Origin: Chiloscyllium plagiosum
Lineage: Eukaryota
Length of the DNA: 64,000 nucleotides
Direction of reading: 5' to 3'
Assembly: GCF_004010195.1 (NCBI RefSeq)
Contig: NC_057720.1
Span: 23,293,994-23,357,993 of the forward strand
In this document: positions 1 to 12,944 of the stretch, piece by piece
Layout of the letters: each line of letters starts with the position of its first letter
Numbering within the stretch: the stretch's first letter is position 1
The notes under the pieces: generated by a model
Seen by the model: only the letters and a program-made list of their open reading frames with translations
Told to the model about the DNA's origin: nothing
The model's database searches: none
Program-made: the position numbers and the translations under genes

Positions 1-886
1 TTAATAACATTAGCAAATTTGCTGATGATACTAAGCTGGGTGGCAGGGTGAAATGTGATGAGGATGTTAGGAGATTACAGGGTGACCTGGACAAGCTAGG
101 TGAGTGGTCAGATGCATGGCAGATGCAGTTTAATGTGGATAAATGTATGGTTATCCACTTTGGTGGCAAGAACAGGAAGGCAGATTACTACCTAAATGGA
201 ATCAATTTAGGTAAAAGGGCAGTACAGTGAGATCTGGGTGTTCTTGTACACCAGTCAATGAAGATAAGCATGCAGGTACAGCAGGTAGTGAAGAAGGCTG
301 GCCTTCATAACAAGAGGGTTTGAGTATAGAAGCAAAGAGGTTCTTCTGCAGCTGTTCAGGGCCCTGGTGAGACCACACCTGGAGTAGTGTGTGCAAATTT
401 GAGGAAAGACATTCTGGCTATTGAGGGAGTGCAGTGTAGGTTCACGAGGTCAATTCCTGGAATGGCGGAAAGACTGGAGTGACTGGGCTTGTATACCCTT
501 GAGTTTAGAAGATTGAGAGGGGATATGATTGAGACATATAAGATTAAAAAAGGATTGGGCACTCTGGAGGCAGGAAACATGTATGATGGGTGAGTGCCGA
601 ACCAGAGGACATAGCTTAAAAATACGGGGTAGACCATTTAGGACTGAGATGAGGAGAAACTTCTTCACCCAGAGAGTGGTGGCTGTGTGGAATGCTCTGC
701 CCCAGAGGGCAGTGGAGGCCCAGTCTCCAGATTCATTTAAAAAAGAGTTGGATAGAGCACTCAAGGGTTATGGAAATAAGGCAGGAACAGGATACTGATT
801 AAGGATGATCAGCCATGATCATATTGAATGGTGGTGCAAGTTCGAAGGGCAAAATGGCCTACTCCTGCACCTATTGTCTATTGTCT
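1..886 (+). mobile_element. CR1-type LINE, 3' part of ORF2 (RT C-terminus) plus 3' UTR, disrupted
   Basis: Translates to ISKFADDTKLGG...LQGDLDKLGEWSDAWQMQFNVDKC...RRNFFTQRVVAVWNALP; ends in a ctattgt repeat tail; same subfamily as 60433-61117. Confidence 0.95.
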
Positions 887-1110
887 GTGAGGGGCATGGA
901 TAGGATGAATAGACAATGTCCTTTCTCTGAGGCGAGGGAATCCAAAACTAAATGACATAGGTTTAAGGTGACGTAAGGGACAATGTCTTCACACAGAGGT
1001 GATGCGTGTATAGAATGAGCTGCCAGAGGAAGTGGTGGAGGCTGGTATATTTACAACATTTTAAAATGCATCTGTATGGGTATATGAATAGGAAAGGTTT
1101 AGAGGGATAT

Positions 1111-1818
1111 TCAAAGTTTGTGCAAAGATTTGTAGCTCGGGTGCTCGTTGCTGTGGTTCTGTTCGCCGAGCTGGAAGTTTTTGTTGCAAACATTTCAAAA
1201 GGACACTATTCAAAAGGGCCACAACACACTGCAGTACACCAGAACTGCAAAAAGAAGAGGAGGAACACCTATACAAGGTATTCGCCAAAAACGGATACCC
1301 GCGCAACTTCATCAACAGATGCCTAAGAGAAAGACCACGGAACGAGGACATACCACAACNNNNNNNNNNNNNNNNNNNNNNNNNNNNNNNNNNNNNNNNN
1401 NNNNNNNNNNNNNNNNNNNNNNNNNNNNNNNNNNNNNNNNNNNNNNNNNNNNNNNNNNNNNNNNNNNNNNNNNNNNNNNNNNNNNNNNNNNNNNNNNNNN
1501 NNNNNNNNNNNNNNNNNNNNNNNNNNNNNNNNNNNNNNNNNNNNNNNNNNNNNNNNNNNNNNNNNNNNNNNNNNNNNNNNNNNNNNNNNNNNNNNNNNNN
1601 NNNNNNNNNNNNNNNNNNNNNNNNNNNNNNNNNNNNNNNNNNNNNNNNNNNNNNNNNNNNNNNNNNNNNNNNNNNNNGACAGCTGAAACTGACAACTGGA
1701 AGCGGCAGGGACAGACCACTATAAACACCGGAGGAAACATCAAAGAAGCGCTTCGCAGGAGGCTCCCAAGCACTGATGATGTCGCCTAGCCAGGGGACGA
1801 AACGTTTGCAACAAAAAC
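1111..1818. mobile_element. Penelope-like element (family D) with inverted terminal segment; spans the N gap
   Basis: 13-bp TSD tttagagggatat at 1098-1110 and 1819-1831; inverted repeat 1175-1196/1799-1820; PLE-like coding remnant (TLFKRATTHCSTPEL); hammerhead motif at 1770-1809. Confidence 0.85.
1770..1809 (+). ncRNA. Minimal type I hammerhead ribozyme motif (PLE family D)
   Basis: gca-CUGAUGA-u-gucgcc...ggggac-GAAAC-GUU-ugc: conserved core, stem II, palindromic ACGU at stem III, stem I gca/ugc. Confidence 0.75.
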
Positions 1819-2370
1819 TTTAGAGGGATATGCCAAGTGCTGGCAAATGGGACTCAATTTATTTAGGATATCTGATCGGCATGGATGAGTTGGACCGATG
1901 GCTCAGTTTCCCTGCTGTATATCTCTCTGACTCCATGTAACCTGGATTAACCTTCTGAACCATAAACACACACACTGCTTTTAAGTGAAATAGGTGCTCT
2001 GCACCGTTAATAGGGACATCCCTCTTGTCTCGTTCCTGAAGCAGCATTTTTGATCTTGAGGTTGATTGCTGATGCCATATTCATAAAACAATCCATCATC
2101 ATGAGCAATTATTATTGGATTCATTTCAAAAATTATATTTGTACCAAATATTCTGTTTCTCTGTATTCCTCAATGAGTGATTTTCTAGATCAGAGCTGGT
2201 TTCGGTTGGTTGCTCACTTTGAATATTTAATATTAGGGCAGATCCAGAGGAATCTACTCTGCTCATTTCACCCAAAAATGCTATAGCTGATGTGTCGCAA
2301 GCAAAAGCAGTCCACCAATAGATAGCTTTAATTACTATAATCAAATCCACCACAGGAAAATTCACAACTA

Positions 2371-3254
2371 ATACAAAAGCAAATTACTGCGGATGCTGGA
2401 ATCTGAAACCAAAAGAGAAAATGCTGGAAAATCTCAGCAGGTCAGGCAGCATCTGTAAGGAGAGAAAAGAGCTGACGTTTCGAGTCTAATTGACCCTTTG
2501 TCAAAGCTTAAAAAAAGGGAGAAATAGGGAGGTATTTATGCTAGGCTGAGAAGCTGACCACCTTCGGTCTGACCACCTTTGGACCTTCCCGTGGCTTGCC
2601 ACTTCAACACACAATCCTGCTCCCATACCCACATGCCTGTCCTTGGCCTGCTGCAATGTTCCAGTGAAGCTCAACGCAAACTGGAGAAACAGCATCTCAT
2701 CTTCCGATTAGGCACGTTACAGCCTGCCGCTCTCAACATTGAATTCAACAACTTCAGGTGATTATCCCATCTCGACCCCTCTGTTTTCATTCTGCTCCGT
2801 AATTTTATTTCATTTATTTTATTTATCCTTTTTAAAAAAAATTTTCACTGTTTTGTACCTGATTTCTTGATTGTCTCTTTCTCTCGCTCCCCACTCTCTC
2901 ATCACCTTTTTCCCTCTCCTCTTCCCCCTTTGATACCCTTCTCCCCTGTTTTCCATTTTTCCTCTGCTTCACCCATTCCCCCCATCCCCCACACATTTTG
3001 TCACATAGCACTCGTTTCGGCCTTGGTCATTCACAGCTCCTAATCTCCCTATAATCTCTCTATGCACTGTCATTCTCATCTCTTTATTGCTACCTTTGCT
3101 TCTGGAGCCATGACTCACCTTCTCTCAGCCTGGTATAAATACCTCCCTATTTCTCTTTTTTTTTTTAACTTTGACAAAGGGTCAGTTAGACTCGAAACAT
3201 CAGCTCTTTTCTCTCCTTACAGATGTTGCCAGACCTGCTGAGATTTTCCAGTAG
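2371..3254. mobile_element. Penelope-like element (family B), fold-back with GIY-YIG C-terminal fragment
   Basis: Inverted arms of about 2420-2553 and 3120-3251; 2579-2761 encodes PVACHFN...RKLEKQHLIFRLGTLQP..LNIEF*; TSD attcacaacta (2360-2370) / atttacaacta (3255-3265). Confidence 0.85.
2471..2507 (-). ncRNA. Minimal hammerhead motif with U3-A8 core variant (PLE family B)
   Basis: Reverse complement reads gcu-UUGACAA-a-ggguc-aauua-gacuc-GAAAC-GUC-agc; same core at 3168-3204 (+), 23727-23763 (-) and 23772-23808 (+). Confidence 0.7.
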
Positions 3255-3429
3255 ATTTACAACTATACCTGGGATTGCGTCTTATAAACAATCTTCAGTG
3301 GGGATTCCATGCTCAACTGTCTAAAGCAAATGGAGTTTTTGGATTTCTGAGGAGGAATCTTTTATGAATTCTCCAATTCTGGATTATGTAAACTGTATGG
3401 GTTTCTTAAACAAAGTGAGATACATAAAT

Positions 3430-3560
3430 AATAAAAGCAAAATACTGCATGTGCTCAAAATTTGAAGCAAATACAATGCTTGAGAAACTCAGCAAGTCTG
3501 GCAGCATCTGTGGAGTGAGAAACTGAATTAATGTTTTAAGTCCAGTGTAACTCTTCAGAT
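3430..3560 (-). mobile_element. Degenerate PLE terminal repeat
   Basis: Resembles the family B terminus (aaactcagcaagtctggcagcatctgtggag) with a decayed CUGAAGA...aaac motif on the minus strand. Confidence 0.6.
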
Positions 3561-3899
3561 ATGCAAATAAGATTGAAGCACTTCTAAAGAATATACCAAT
3601 GTCATGTCCTTGATTGAAGATTTGGAATAGGAATAACTACAGCAAAGGACAGAAATATAGATTGACCAAGTTCTATAAAATATGCAGTGGACTGGTAGCA
3701 ATTGAGAGAAATAAGTACATGGCCTCCAGTAATGACAAAATACAAAGTAACCATCTACGCAAACTGCAAAATCTTTTTGTTTTTAAGGTAATGTATGGCA
3801 ATCACAATCCCACAATGGAGCAAGCTACCAACTAAATATTACGTGAAACCTTCCAGATGCATCCTTAAATTATTTCCATTTAAAAGTTTTCAAATTCAG

Positions 3900-3931
3900 G
3901 TCATGCCTGGTTAGCTGTTAATGTTACACAT
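3900..3931 (+). CDS. Candidate internal exon of an unidentified host gene (xHAWLAVNVTH)
   Basis: ttttcaaattcAG acceptor and GTAAGT donor; 32 bp, phase 1 to phase 0, compatible with 8018-8098; lies in non-repetitive sequence. Confidence 0.5.
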
Positions 3932-4782
3932 GTAAGTCTTAGTAAAGTGCGGTCATAGGTCTGTGATGCTGTTCGATCTGTAGCAGAAGTGCAGATTCCA
4001 TTTTCGTTCAAACTAAGGCATTATTGGAAATCCTACAGCAAAGTATTGCATTGATCAAGTAAGCAAATATCAAGGAAACTTCAGTAAATGTCATGAGCTG
4101 CAAGCCGCTCATTAGATTTGAAGGTAAATGTTTTTAAATGTATTGAGATGCCCTATAGAAGATGCCTGACATGATAAAATGTGCAGTAGAAGAAAACCTG
4201 TCAGATATGTCAGTGATTAATCTTTGTTGTTTTTCATGACAGTGGAAGTCAAGGTGTCAGCAAAGTAAAATTGTCGCTTGTGATTTTTTAAAAAAAAAAA
4301 GCATTGAACCTAATTTTGCTAAGAAAAACATTTTGTTTAAGATCAAGTCTCTGAAGTGCATACTTCATTGACAAAAAGTACAATAGTCGATGTTTTTTAA
4401 GAATGAAAATACAGTTTTGGGGTTTGATTGTCATATAACTAGAGAAATCCTCTGCACTAAATTGCTCAGGTCTTTTTGTTTTATTGACTCATGCTGAAGT
4501 TTGAGAATAGGGAAATTCTTCTTCCATTCATCTTTTATGTACAATTGGTCATCGGTTTTCTGATTCTTGATAAATAACTTAGACCTGAGGGTATCAAAGT
4601 CATAAAAGAGATTTTCAGTAAGTAGCCCTAGCATAGTGCTCCCAGAAGAAGAATATTCATATAAACATTATTCACTTAGTGTTTGCTGTGGTTCTTCTTA
4701 AACTTCTATATAAACCATATAGTAACAACCTGCTTTTATGTAGAAATGACTCCAAAGGCACTTTGGAGGTAATCAAAAAGAT

Positions 4783-7227
4783 TCTGGATGTAAGTTTACT
4801 TGCTGAGCTGGAAGGTTTGTAATCAGATAGTTCGTCACCATATTAGATAATATCATAAGTGAGCCTCCAGTGAAGTGCTAGTGTTATGTCCTGCTTTCTA
4901 TTTGTGTTTAAGTTTCCTTGGGTTGGTGATGTCATTTCCAGGTCTTTTTCTCAGAGGGTGGTAGATGGGATCCAAATTGATGTGTTTGTTGATAGAGTTC
5001 CGGTTGGAATGCCATGCTTCTGGGAATTCTCGTGCATGTCTCTGTTTGACTTGTCCTAAGATGGATGTGTTGTCCCAGTCAAAGTGGTGTCCTTCCTCAT
5101 CTGTATGTATGGATACTAGTGAGAATGGGTCATGCTTTTTTGTGGCTAGTTGATGTTCATGTATCCTGGTGGCTAGTTTTCTGCCTGTTTGTCCAATGTG
5201 GTGTTTGTTACAATTCTTGTAAAGGTATTTTGTAAATGATGTTTGTTTTGCTTTTTATCTGTATTGGGTCGTTCAAGTTCATTAGCTGCTGTTTTAGTGT
5301 GTTGGTGGATTTGTGTGCTACCATGAAGCTAAGGGGTCTGAGTAGCCTGGCAGTCATTTCCGAGATGTCTTTGATGTAGGGGAGAGTGGCTGAGGTTTCT
5401 GGCCGCGCTTTGTCTGCTTGTTTGGGTTTGTTGCTGAGAAGTCGGTGGACTGTGTTCATTGGCTATCGGTTCTTTTTGAATACGCTGTTTAGGTGGTTTT
5501 CGTCTGCTCTTTGTAGTTCCTCTCTGCTGCAGTATGTTGTGGCTCATTAAAATAATGTTCTAATGCAGCTTCATTTGTAGGTGTTGTGATTGTTTCTGTA
5601 GTTCAATATTTGGTCTGTATGTGTTGTTTTCTGGAGATGCTGGTCTGAAGTTCCCTATTGACTGTTCCACTGTGACATCTAAGAATAGCAGTTTGTTGTT
5701 GTTTTCCTCTTGTGAATTTTATGCCAGTAAGAATATTGTTGATGGTCTTGAAGGTTTCCACTAATTTGTTTTGTTTAGTGATAACAAAAGTGTCATCTAC
5801 ATAGCAAATCCAAAGTTTGGGTTGAATGGTGGCAGAGCTGTTTGTTAGAGTCTCTGCATTACTGCTTCTGCTAAAAACTCCAATATCAGATATCCCACCG
5901 TTGTTCCATCGGTTTATCTGTAGATTTTGATATTGATATTGAAAGTGAAGTGGATGGTAAAGCATAGGTCCACTAGCTAGATGGTGATGTCCTTGCTGAT
6001 AAAGTTGATGGTGTCTGGTGTATGTGTCTTGGTTCTTCTAATTGTGTAGTCGGTGTTTCTTTGGCCAGATTGATGTTGATGGAAGTAAACAGGGCTGTTA
6101 TGTCAAAAGAGACCATTATTTTGTCATCTTCTATCTTGGTGTCTTTGGTGTTCAGGAATTCTTTGGAGGAGTGAATGGAATGGCATGAGTTTTCTACTAA
6201 GTGTTTTACTCTTTGGTGTAGTTCCTTGGCTAGTTCCAGGTAGCGAGACTATGGATCTGAGGGGACTCCTGGTTTGTGAATTTTGGGCCATCCATAGAAG
6301 CGTGGTGTGTTGGATCCATCTGGTTTCATTTTTTGGAAGTCTGTCTTGTTTAATTCTCCAGATTTCTGAAGTCTTCAGAGTAAGGCTGTAATTGGATTCT
6401 TTCATTGTGAGGTCTGGTCTATTGTCACCTGTTGGTAAGTCTCGGTATCTGCAAGCAGTTAATTCACTTTCTCAATGTAGTCTGATCGGTTTAAAATGAC
6501 CTGTCAAGCGTCCTTTGTCTGTAGGTAGGATAATCTTTCTATCCTTTTTGAGTCCTCCTAATGCTTTGTTTTTATGTATTGTGCATTTCCTTTTTATTTC
6601 TGCTCACTCTCCCCTGTATCAAAGACTTTTCAGAAATGACTGCCTGACTACTCAAACCCCTTGGCATCATGGTAGCCCACAAACCTACCAACACACTAAA
6701 ACAGCAGCTAGTGAACTTGAAAGACCCAATACAGACAACAAGCAAAACAAACGTCATTTACAAAATACCTTTGCAAAAACTGTAAGAAACACCACGTTGG
6801 ACAAACAGGCAGAAAACTAGCCACCAGGATACATGAACATCAACTAGCCACAAAAAGACTCTCACCAGTATCCTTACATACGGATGAGGAGGGACACCAC
6901 TTTGACTGGGACACACATACATCCTAGGAAAAGCCAAATAGACAAGCACAAGAATTTTTAGAAGCATGGCAATCCAACTGGAACTCTATCAACAAACACA
7001 TTGATTTGGATCACATCTACCACTCTCTGAGAAAAAGAACTGGAAATGACATCACCAGCCCAAGAAAAGCTAAACGCAGAAAGTAGTTCATAACACCAGC
7101 GCTTCACCCGAGGTTCACTGATGTAATCTAGTATGGTGACAAAATGTCTGAAAACGAACCTTGCAGCTCAGCAAGCAAACTTCATCCAGAACCTCAACCT
7201 GAGCTACAAATCTTCTCAAAACTTGCT
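4783..7227. mobile_element. Penelope-like element (family E): minus-strand RT and GIY-YIG remnant with about 600-bp inverted 3' copy
   Basis: Minus strand IQPKLWICYVDDTFVI, ATLPYIKDISEMTARLLRPL, NIIYKIP..GQTGRKLATRIHEHQ; 6600-7190 is the reverse complement of about 4783-5392; caaaaagat at 4774-4782 and 7231-7239. Confidence 0.92.
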
Positions 7228-8017
7228 GAACAAAAAGATGTACTAGCTGAATCAGCATTGTGGGGTCACAAAGGGTAACCAAATGGTAAAAGTGGTGAAA
7301 GGTGGTGAAAAGGTGAAAGTGAAATTTAGAAAAAGTTCAAGTGGAGGTGATATAGTGCCCCCACTGGTGGAAGGGTATAAATTCAACATTATCACTTCAC
7401 TGTGGCAGTTTCAAACATTAAACAGAACATGACTGCACAGAAATTCACCTAGGATTGTCAGTGTTTCTGGTCTGCATGATTATCCTCTCAAATTGCATCA
7501 CATTCAATCAATGTATCTTTCTATGCCTTTCTCCACATTTAATTTAGCTTCCCTTTAAATACATCTAATAATATGGATTTAGGAACCTAATATTAATGAG
7601 AAAGTATAAACAAAGGTGAAATGTATGATTTGAAAATGGGAATAAATATCTGAATGCCCTATTCCATAATCTTGCTTGACTTCAGGATTAGTTTATCTTG
7701 CCAACTTGCATGTATGCATATAAAATATATCTGGTATGATAGCATTTTTCTTTTTAAAGTATTTCTTTTGAATACAGTTATAATATGCAATTAATCTTGT
7801 AATATTCTACACATTACTCAATATTAGTGTACAGAGTGGGTACAATAACATTTCAGCTAGTAATAACAATGGTTCCACAGTTGAAATGTTATTTCATTTG
7901 ATCTGTCCACATTTTTATATTAGATCTGTTTTGCAGGATTTGCTGCTTTTGTTTCAAGTTGACATCTTTCTTAAGACTGAAAATTTAATATTAAAAGCAA
8001 ATGTTTTTGTATTTCAG

Positions 8018-8098
8018 TGTTTAGCTACATGGGAGTCTTTCTTGGCTTCTCAACAGATTGAGACGAAAGTTGACAAGAATGTGAAAGAAAGTGCATAA
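8018..8098 (+). CDS. Candidate terminal coding exon (CLATWESFLASQQIETKVDKNVKESA*)
   Basis: tttttgtatttcAG acceptor; stop TAA; followed by about 2 kb of AT-rich UTR-like sequence with AATAAA near 9712, 10031 and 10043. Confidence 0.5.
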   Translation, partial: CLATWESFLASQQIETKVDKNVKESA

Positions 8099-8744
8099 CA
8101 ACATATCTGAAATTTGGCTGAACTGCTGCATTTAGGTTTTGCTGTTCTCTGGCTAAAGAAGTGTATGTGTTTATTAAAGAAGAATGCTGGACTCTGTTTT
8201 ATAATTTTTGAAGGAACATTTACCCTGTTTGCATTTTTTGTTATTTTAATGATTTGAACATTCTACAATCCAAAGAATAAGCAGGCCAATGGAATTATCC
8301 AATTTTAAACCTCAGGTAATGCTTAGTTGATGACTTTGCAAAATCAACTATCAACGCACATGAATGTTTCTGAGATAAACACATCACAAAATGAAAGGGT
8401 GTTTACTTATATGAATTTAACTGCCTTAATTAAATTGTCTTGATAGAAAAAAACAATTTATAGACAGTTTTATAAAATTCTTTTTCTTCCCCATCTTATC
8501 CCTAGTTGGGGAATTTTGTTGGAAAGTTTGGGTGCCAATAGTATAGCATTACATCAATGCAGCAAATGACACATCATGTTATCAGATAATTTTGTCTTGC
8601 CTAGAGGTCGTTTATTCTTCGCTACTTTGGATTTATTGATCTTAATTTCTTTAACTTGAAAACATGTTTTAGAATGAAGTTGGGCTATGGCAGTAACCTG
8701 AAACACACATTAACCAATACAACTAATTGTGCAACGCAGCATGC

Positions 8745-9020
8745 TTTAGGGAACATAGGCAGAGGATATTGGGTTGATCATTTAAGACTGAGATGGCAAG
8801 GACGTTCTTCCCCTGGGTAAATGAGTTTCTTTAGAATTCTGTACTACAGAAGGCTGTGAATGCCAGTCAGTTTGCATATTTAAAGCTGAGACAGAAGTTT
8901 GGACTCAAAAGTAATCAGGTAGGAAGATGAAATGGAGGCTGAAGATAAGCCATTCATTTTTCGAATGGCAGAACAAGTTCAAAGTGCTGTTTAGGCTGCT
9001 ATTTCTTCTGTTTTTATGTA
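8745..9020 (+). mobile_element. Old CR1 3'-end fragment
   Basis: catttaagactgagatgg...acagaaggctgtgaatgc...tttaaagctgagacaga resembles the other CR1 3' ends here. Confidence 0.65.
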
Positions 9021-10218
9021 TACTTTTCACCCCCCTTTATTTTCCATTGACCTGACCTCCATTTTGTATTATTGCCAAAGACCAATTCCTTCAATATGCC
9101 ACTCTACTCAACTGATTAATAGTAGTGGAGCGCATTGCCTTGTATCTATGAGCTATAGTCCAATTTGTGTAAAGTCTCTAATAGTTTGAATTATTATACA
9201 TTCATTTATGCAAATATTTTTTAAAACTAAATATCTGGGTTCTTCAAGGAAATTGTACTGTATGTTATCCTTAATCTTTTTCTTATGACAGCTTGTGCCT
9301 TTTTGAGAATAACATAAAGCATTTATTTGATAAAAGTTTCACTTTTCACTTCATCCTCAATAGCTAAGCCACTGACGATAGAAATGTGGTTTTAGACTTT
9401 TAAAGAACATTGCAGTGCATCATGAAAAAACTGGACTTTATTATGCATTCATATGCAGTGTTTCTTCGACCAAGCTCTCTGAAAAACATTTTGGCCTGTA
9501 ATTTCTAAGAGCATTTTACCATGTATTGGGCTAGAACAAAATGTAGCACACAATTTAAGTGGCATACTGGACCAAATAAGAACCAAAACTGAATGAATGG
9601 TTTTATCTTTTTTAATATTGACAATAGACCTTTTTTGAAGTTTTCAAATTATTTTTCAACAAAATTAGCTTTGATCTCAAGTTTGTGTGATATTTTTAAA
9701 TGCTTTTTGAAATAAAGTAAACTATTTCAAAATATTAAATCTAAACTTAGAAAATCAGATTTGGTATTTTATTGAGTGACCAGTAAATGAAAGTTCTTCA
9801 TTGAAGTAGAATTGTGAAACCATGAGTTATATGTAATGTATAAACTTGTTTTCTTCCAAGTACAATTAAATAGATGCATAAATATTAGGGTTAGGTTGAA
9901 ACACTTTCCAGATTAGTAATACGCATGACTCAATTTAACTGTATTTACCTTAATGTATTGGAATCTATCAAATGCATTTTTGAAAATGTAGAGGCAATGT
10001 ATGAAAATGTGATTTCTATTGTGGAGAAGTAATAAATGGAAAATAAAACTCAATAACAATTGAGTCAGCATCATGTTATGTTTTATTAAATCGTTACACA
10101 GCAGCATGAGATAGAAGTAGGAGTAAACAGTGTGCCTGTTGAGACTGCTCTGCTGGTCAATATAATTATTGCTGATCTTGGACTTCAACTTAATTTTCTC
10201 ATCTGCTCCTCATGTCTC

Positions 10219-10530
10219 TTAGATTAGATTAGCTTCCCTACAATATGGAAACAGGCCCTTCGGCCCAACAAATCCACATCGACCCTCCGAAGAGTAACCC
10301 ACCCAGACCCATTCCCCTACTCTATATTTACCCCTGACTAATGCACCTAACACTATGGGCAATCTAGTGTGGTCAATTCACCTGACCTGCACATCTTTGG
10401 ATTGTGGGAGGAAACCAGAGCACCCGGAGTAAACCCATGCAGACACTGAGAATGTGCAAACTCCACACAGACAGTTGCCCGAGACCAGAATCGAACCCGG
10501 GTCCCTGGCTAACCACTGAGCCACCATGCA
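10219..10530 (-). mobile_element. HE1-type V-SINE
   Basis: Reverse complement has a tRNA-like B box (gggttcgattc), the V domain (gtgtggagtttgcacattctc...ggtttcctcccaca), a CR1-like 3' end and a taatc repeat tail. Confidence 0.92.
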
Positions 10531-11099
10531 CTGCAACGTTCTTGATTTCTGGAAAACTCAATCTGAATATTAAAATCTTAAATGTAATCAACACTCTAGT
10601 GTCCATAACACTTTGGAGTGGGAAATTCCAAAGATTCTTTGAAGACATTTTCCATCTCTGTACAAATGATAAACCGCTTATCCTGAAACTGCCCCCATTT
10701 TCTGGTTTCCCGAACAGTGGGAATCACCCCTGTCTTCTGTATTCAAGCCCCTTCAGAGTCTTGTTTGTGAGAGGTAAGCAATTCTTTTGAATAGTACTGT
10801 AAGTCATAATATTTTATGGCACAGAATAGCATATTACATTTGGTCTGTTGTGCCTATAGTGGGTATTTGAAGGAGCTGTCCATTTAGTTGCATTCCTCCC
10901 TCTATCTCAGCTTTGTAAATGTATTAAGTAATTCAAACTTCTTGCACCATCAGAACAACAAATCCTACAAAAAGAAGAAAGGAAGCACCACTAAAAATAC
11001 TTAAACTGGATCACAGCTAGTGTTTACTACTGCAGAACATAGGCATGGAAATCAGTACAATCCAATGCAATAGTGAAAGAGCACTATTATCGAAGATGA

Positions 11100-12700
11100 G
11101 GACATGATGAAGGGTCATCCCTGAAACATCGATTCGTTTGCTCCTCAGGCGCTGCTGTCTTGCTGCGCTTTTTCCAGTGGTGCACTTTATCAAATCTGAC
11201 TCTCCAGCATTTTGCAGTCCTCAATATCTCCTTTGATTTTCAGAAGGCAATTGATCTGGTAGTATCACAGTGCAAGATTAAAATGAATGGATATGGATTA
11301 AGAATGGCTATAAGACACAAGCAGAATAAGTAAATGGATCAATTAAAGGATGGATATGTTCACCAGCGGACTGTTGCAAAAATCACTGTTCTGATCTTGA
11401 TTATTTCCAATTAGATGGGGAGATTGACTATCACCAATACAGGCTCACTGGTGTAGTCAAAAAGTGTGGTGCTGTAAAAGCACAGCAGGTCAGGCAGCAT
11501 CTGAGAGGCAGGCAAATTGACCTTTCAGGCGTGAGTCCTTCATCAAATGGTGTAGACCTTGGCGGAGATGTAAACTGTTGGAAAGATGCAAGCAGACCAA
11601 AAAGCAACATAAATTAGTAGAGTGAATAAGAAAGTGATGCGAAACATTATAACTAACGTGCATTGCTGTTCAGTGGATATAGTTGTACTTGTCACAGAAA
11701 GTAAACATAAATATTAAAAAATTAGAAAAGTAAGTTTTTTTTCTCTTTATTGTTCAGTGGTTAGCACTGCTGCCTCACAGCACCAGGAACCTGGGTTCAA
11801 ATCCAGCCTTGGGTGACTGTCTGTGTGGAGTTTGCATGTTCTCCCCATGTCTGTTTGTATTTTGATCATGTGCTCTGTTTCCGCCCACAGTCCAGAGATC
11901 CACAGTGCAGGTGAATTGACCATGATAAATACAAGCTTATAGGAATGCGCTTCAGAGGGTTGGTGCAGACTCAATGGTTGAATGGCTTCTTATCTCACTG
12001 TAGGGGTTCTATGATTCTGTTGCAGGGCTGAGTATTGGAGTGCTATGCCTGGTCTGGTCATCCTGTGTGAAGAACATACTTGCTTTCAAAGGGTTGCAAT
12101 GAAACTCAATAGATTGCTTCTTGGCAAAGTGATTATGTGGAACGCACCAATGTTTGCTAGAGTTTAGAAGAATGTGAGATAATCATGTTGTAACAAACAA
12201 CATTACTAAAGCTTCATACTTCAAGAGATGCTTGAAAGGTAGTTTCCTCCATTGGGTCATAGAATCCCTACCCTATTATTCTACATTTACCCCTAACTAA
12301 TACACCTAACCTACATCTCTGAACACTATGGGCAATGCATCATAGCCAATTCACCAAAGCTGCACATCTTTGGATTGGGGGAGGAAACCCACACAGACAC
12401 AGGGAGAATGCACAAATTCCACACAGACAGTTGCCCAAGGCTGGAATCGAACCTGCCTCTGGTGCTTGAGGCAGCAGTGCTAACCATTGAGCCACCATGC
12501 CACGTGTCATAGTTTCAAGACAAGGGGTCAACAAAATAGAACCAAGAAGAGAAATTCTAACTTAAAGTGCTGTGTGTGCTTGGTCCATTAATATATTAAA
12601 TTCTGAGACAGACGTTCCTAAGGGTTGAGGAAATGCAGGGATAAGGTAGCAAAAGTGGATTTCATGATGTGAAGATGCTTCACATTTAATCATTTGTATG
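11100..12700. mobile_element. Decayed CR1 (+) with nested PLE repeats (about 11100-11232 +, 11460-11545 -) and V-SINEs (about 11755-12018 +, 12261-12500 -)
   Basis: gattttcagaaggcaattgat (DFQKA.D); family A terminal-repeat remnants; SINE A/B boxes and V domain. Confidence 0.75.
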
Positions 12701-12944
12701 AATTTGAGTTTGGAGGCTTGTACACATTTTTAATCTGTCTATAGACATGTCGTCGCACCTGTGGAGCAAGTGAGCCTTGAATTTAGGGGTACCACCATTT
12801 GTGTCAGAAGTGTCCCTCAGGATTATGTAGATGCCTGGATTCTTTACTAAATGTCAATGAAAAGACATTCAAACTTGTTTTAAAACAGGGCTTTTTTTGG
12901 AAACCACATGATTCCAGCTAATTTATGATCTTTCTGTTTGAGGA

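Larger units (their letters stand above)
887..1937 (+). mobile_element. CR1/HER1-type LINE 3' end, split by a PLE insertion at 1111-1818
   Basis: Matches the 3' ends at about 17930-18270 and 51523-51803; resumes after the duplicated tttagagggatat. Confidence 0.85.

Noticed and set aside
1148..1789. 213-aa ORF
   Set aside because: Artefact of reading through the N gap.
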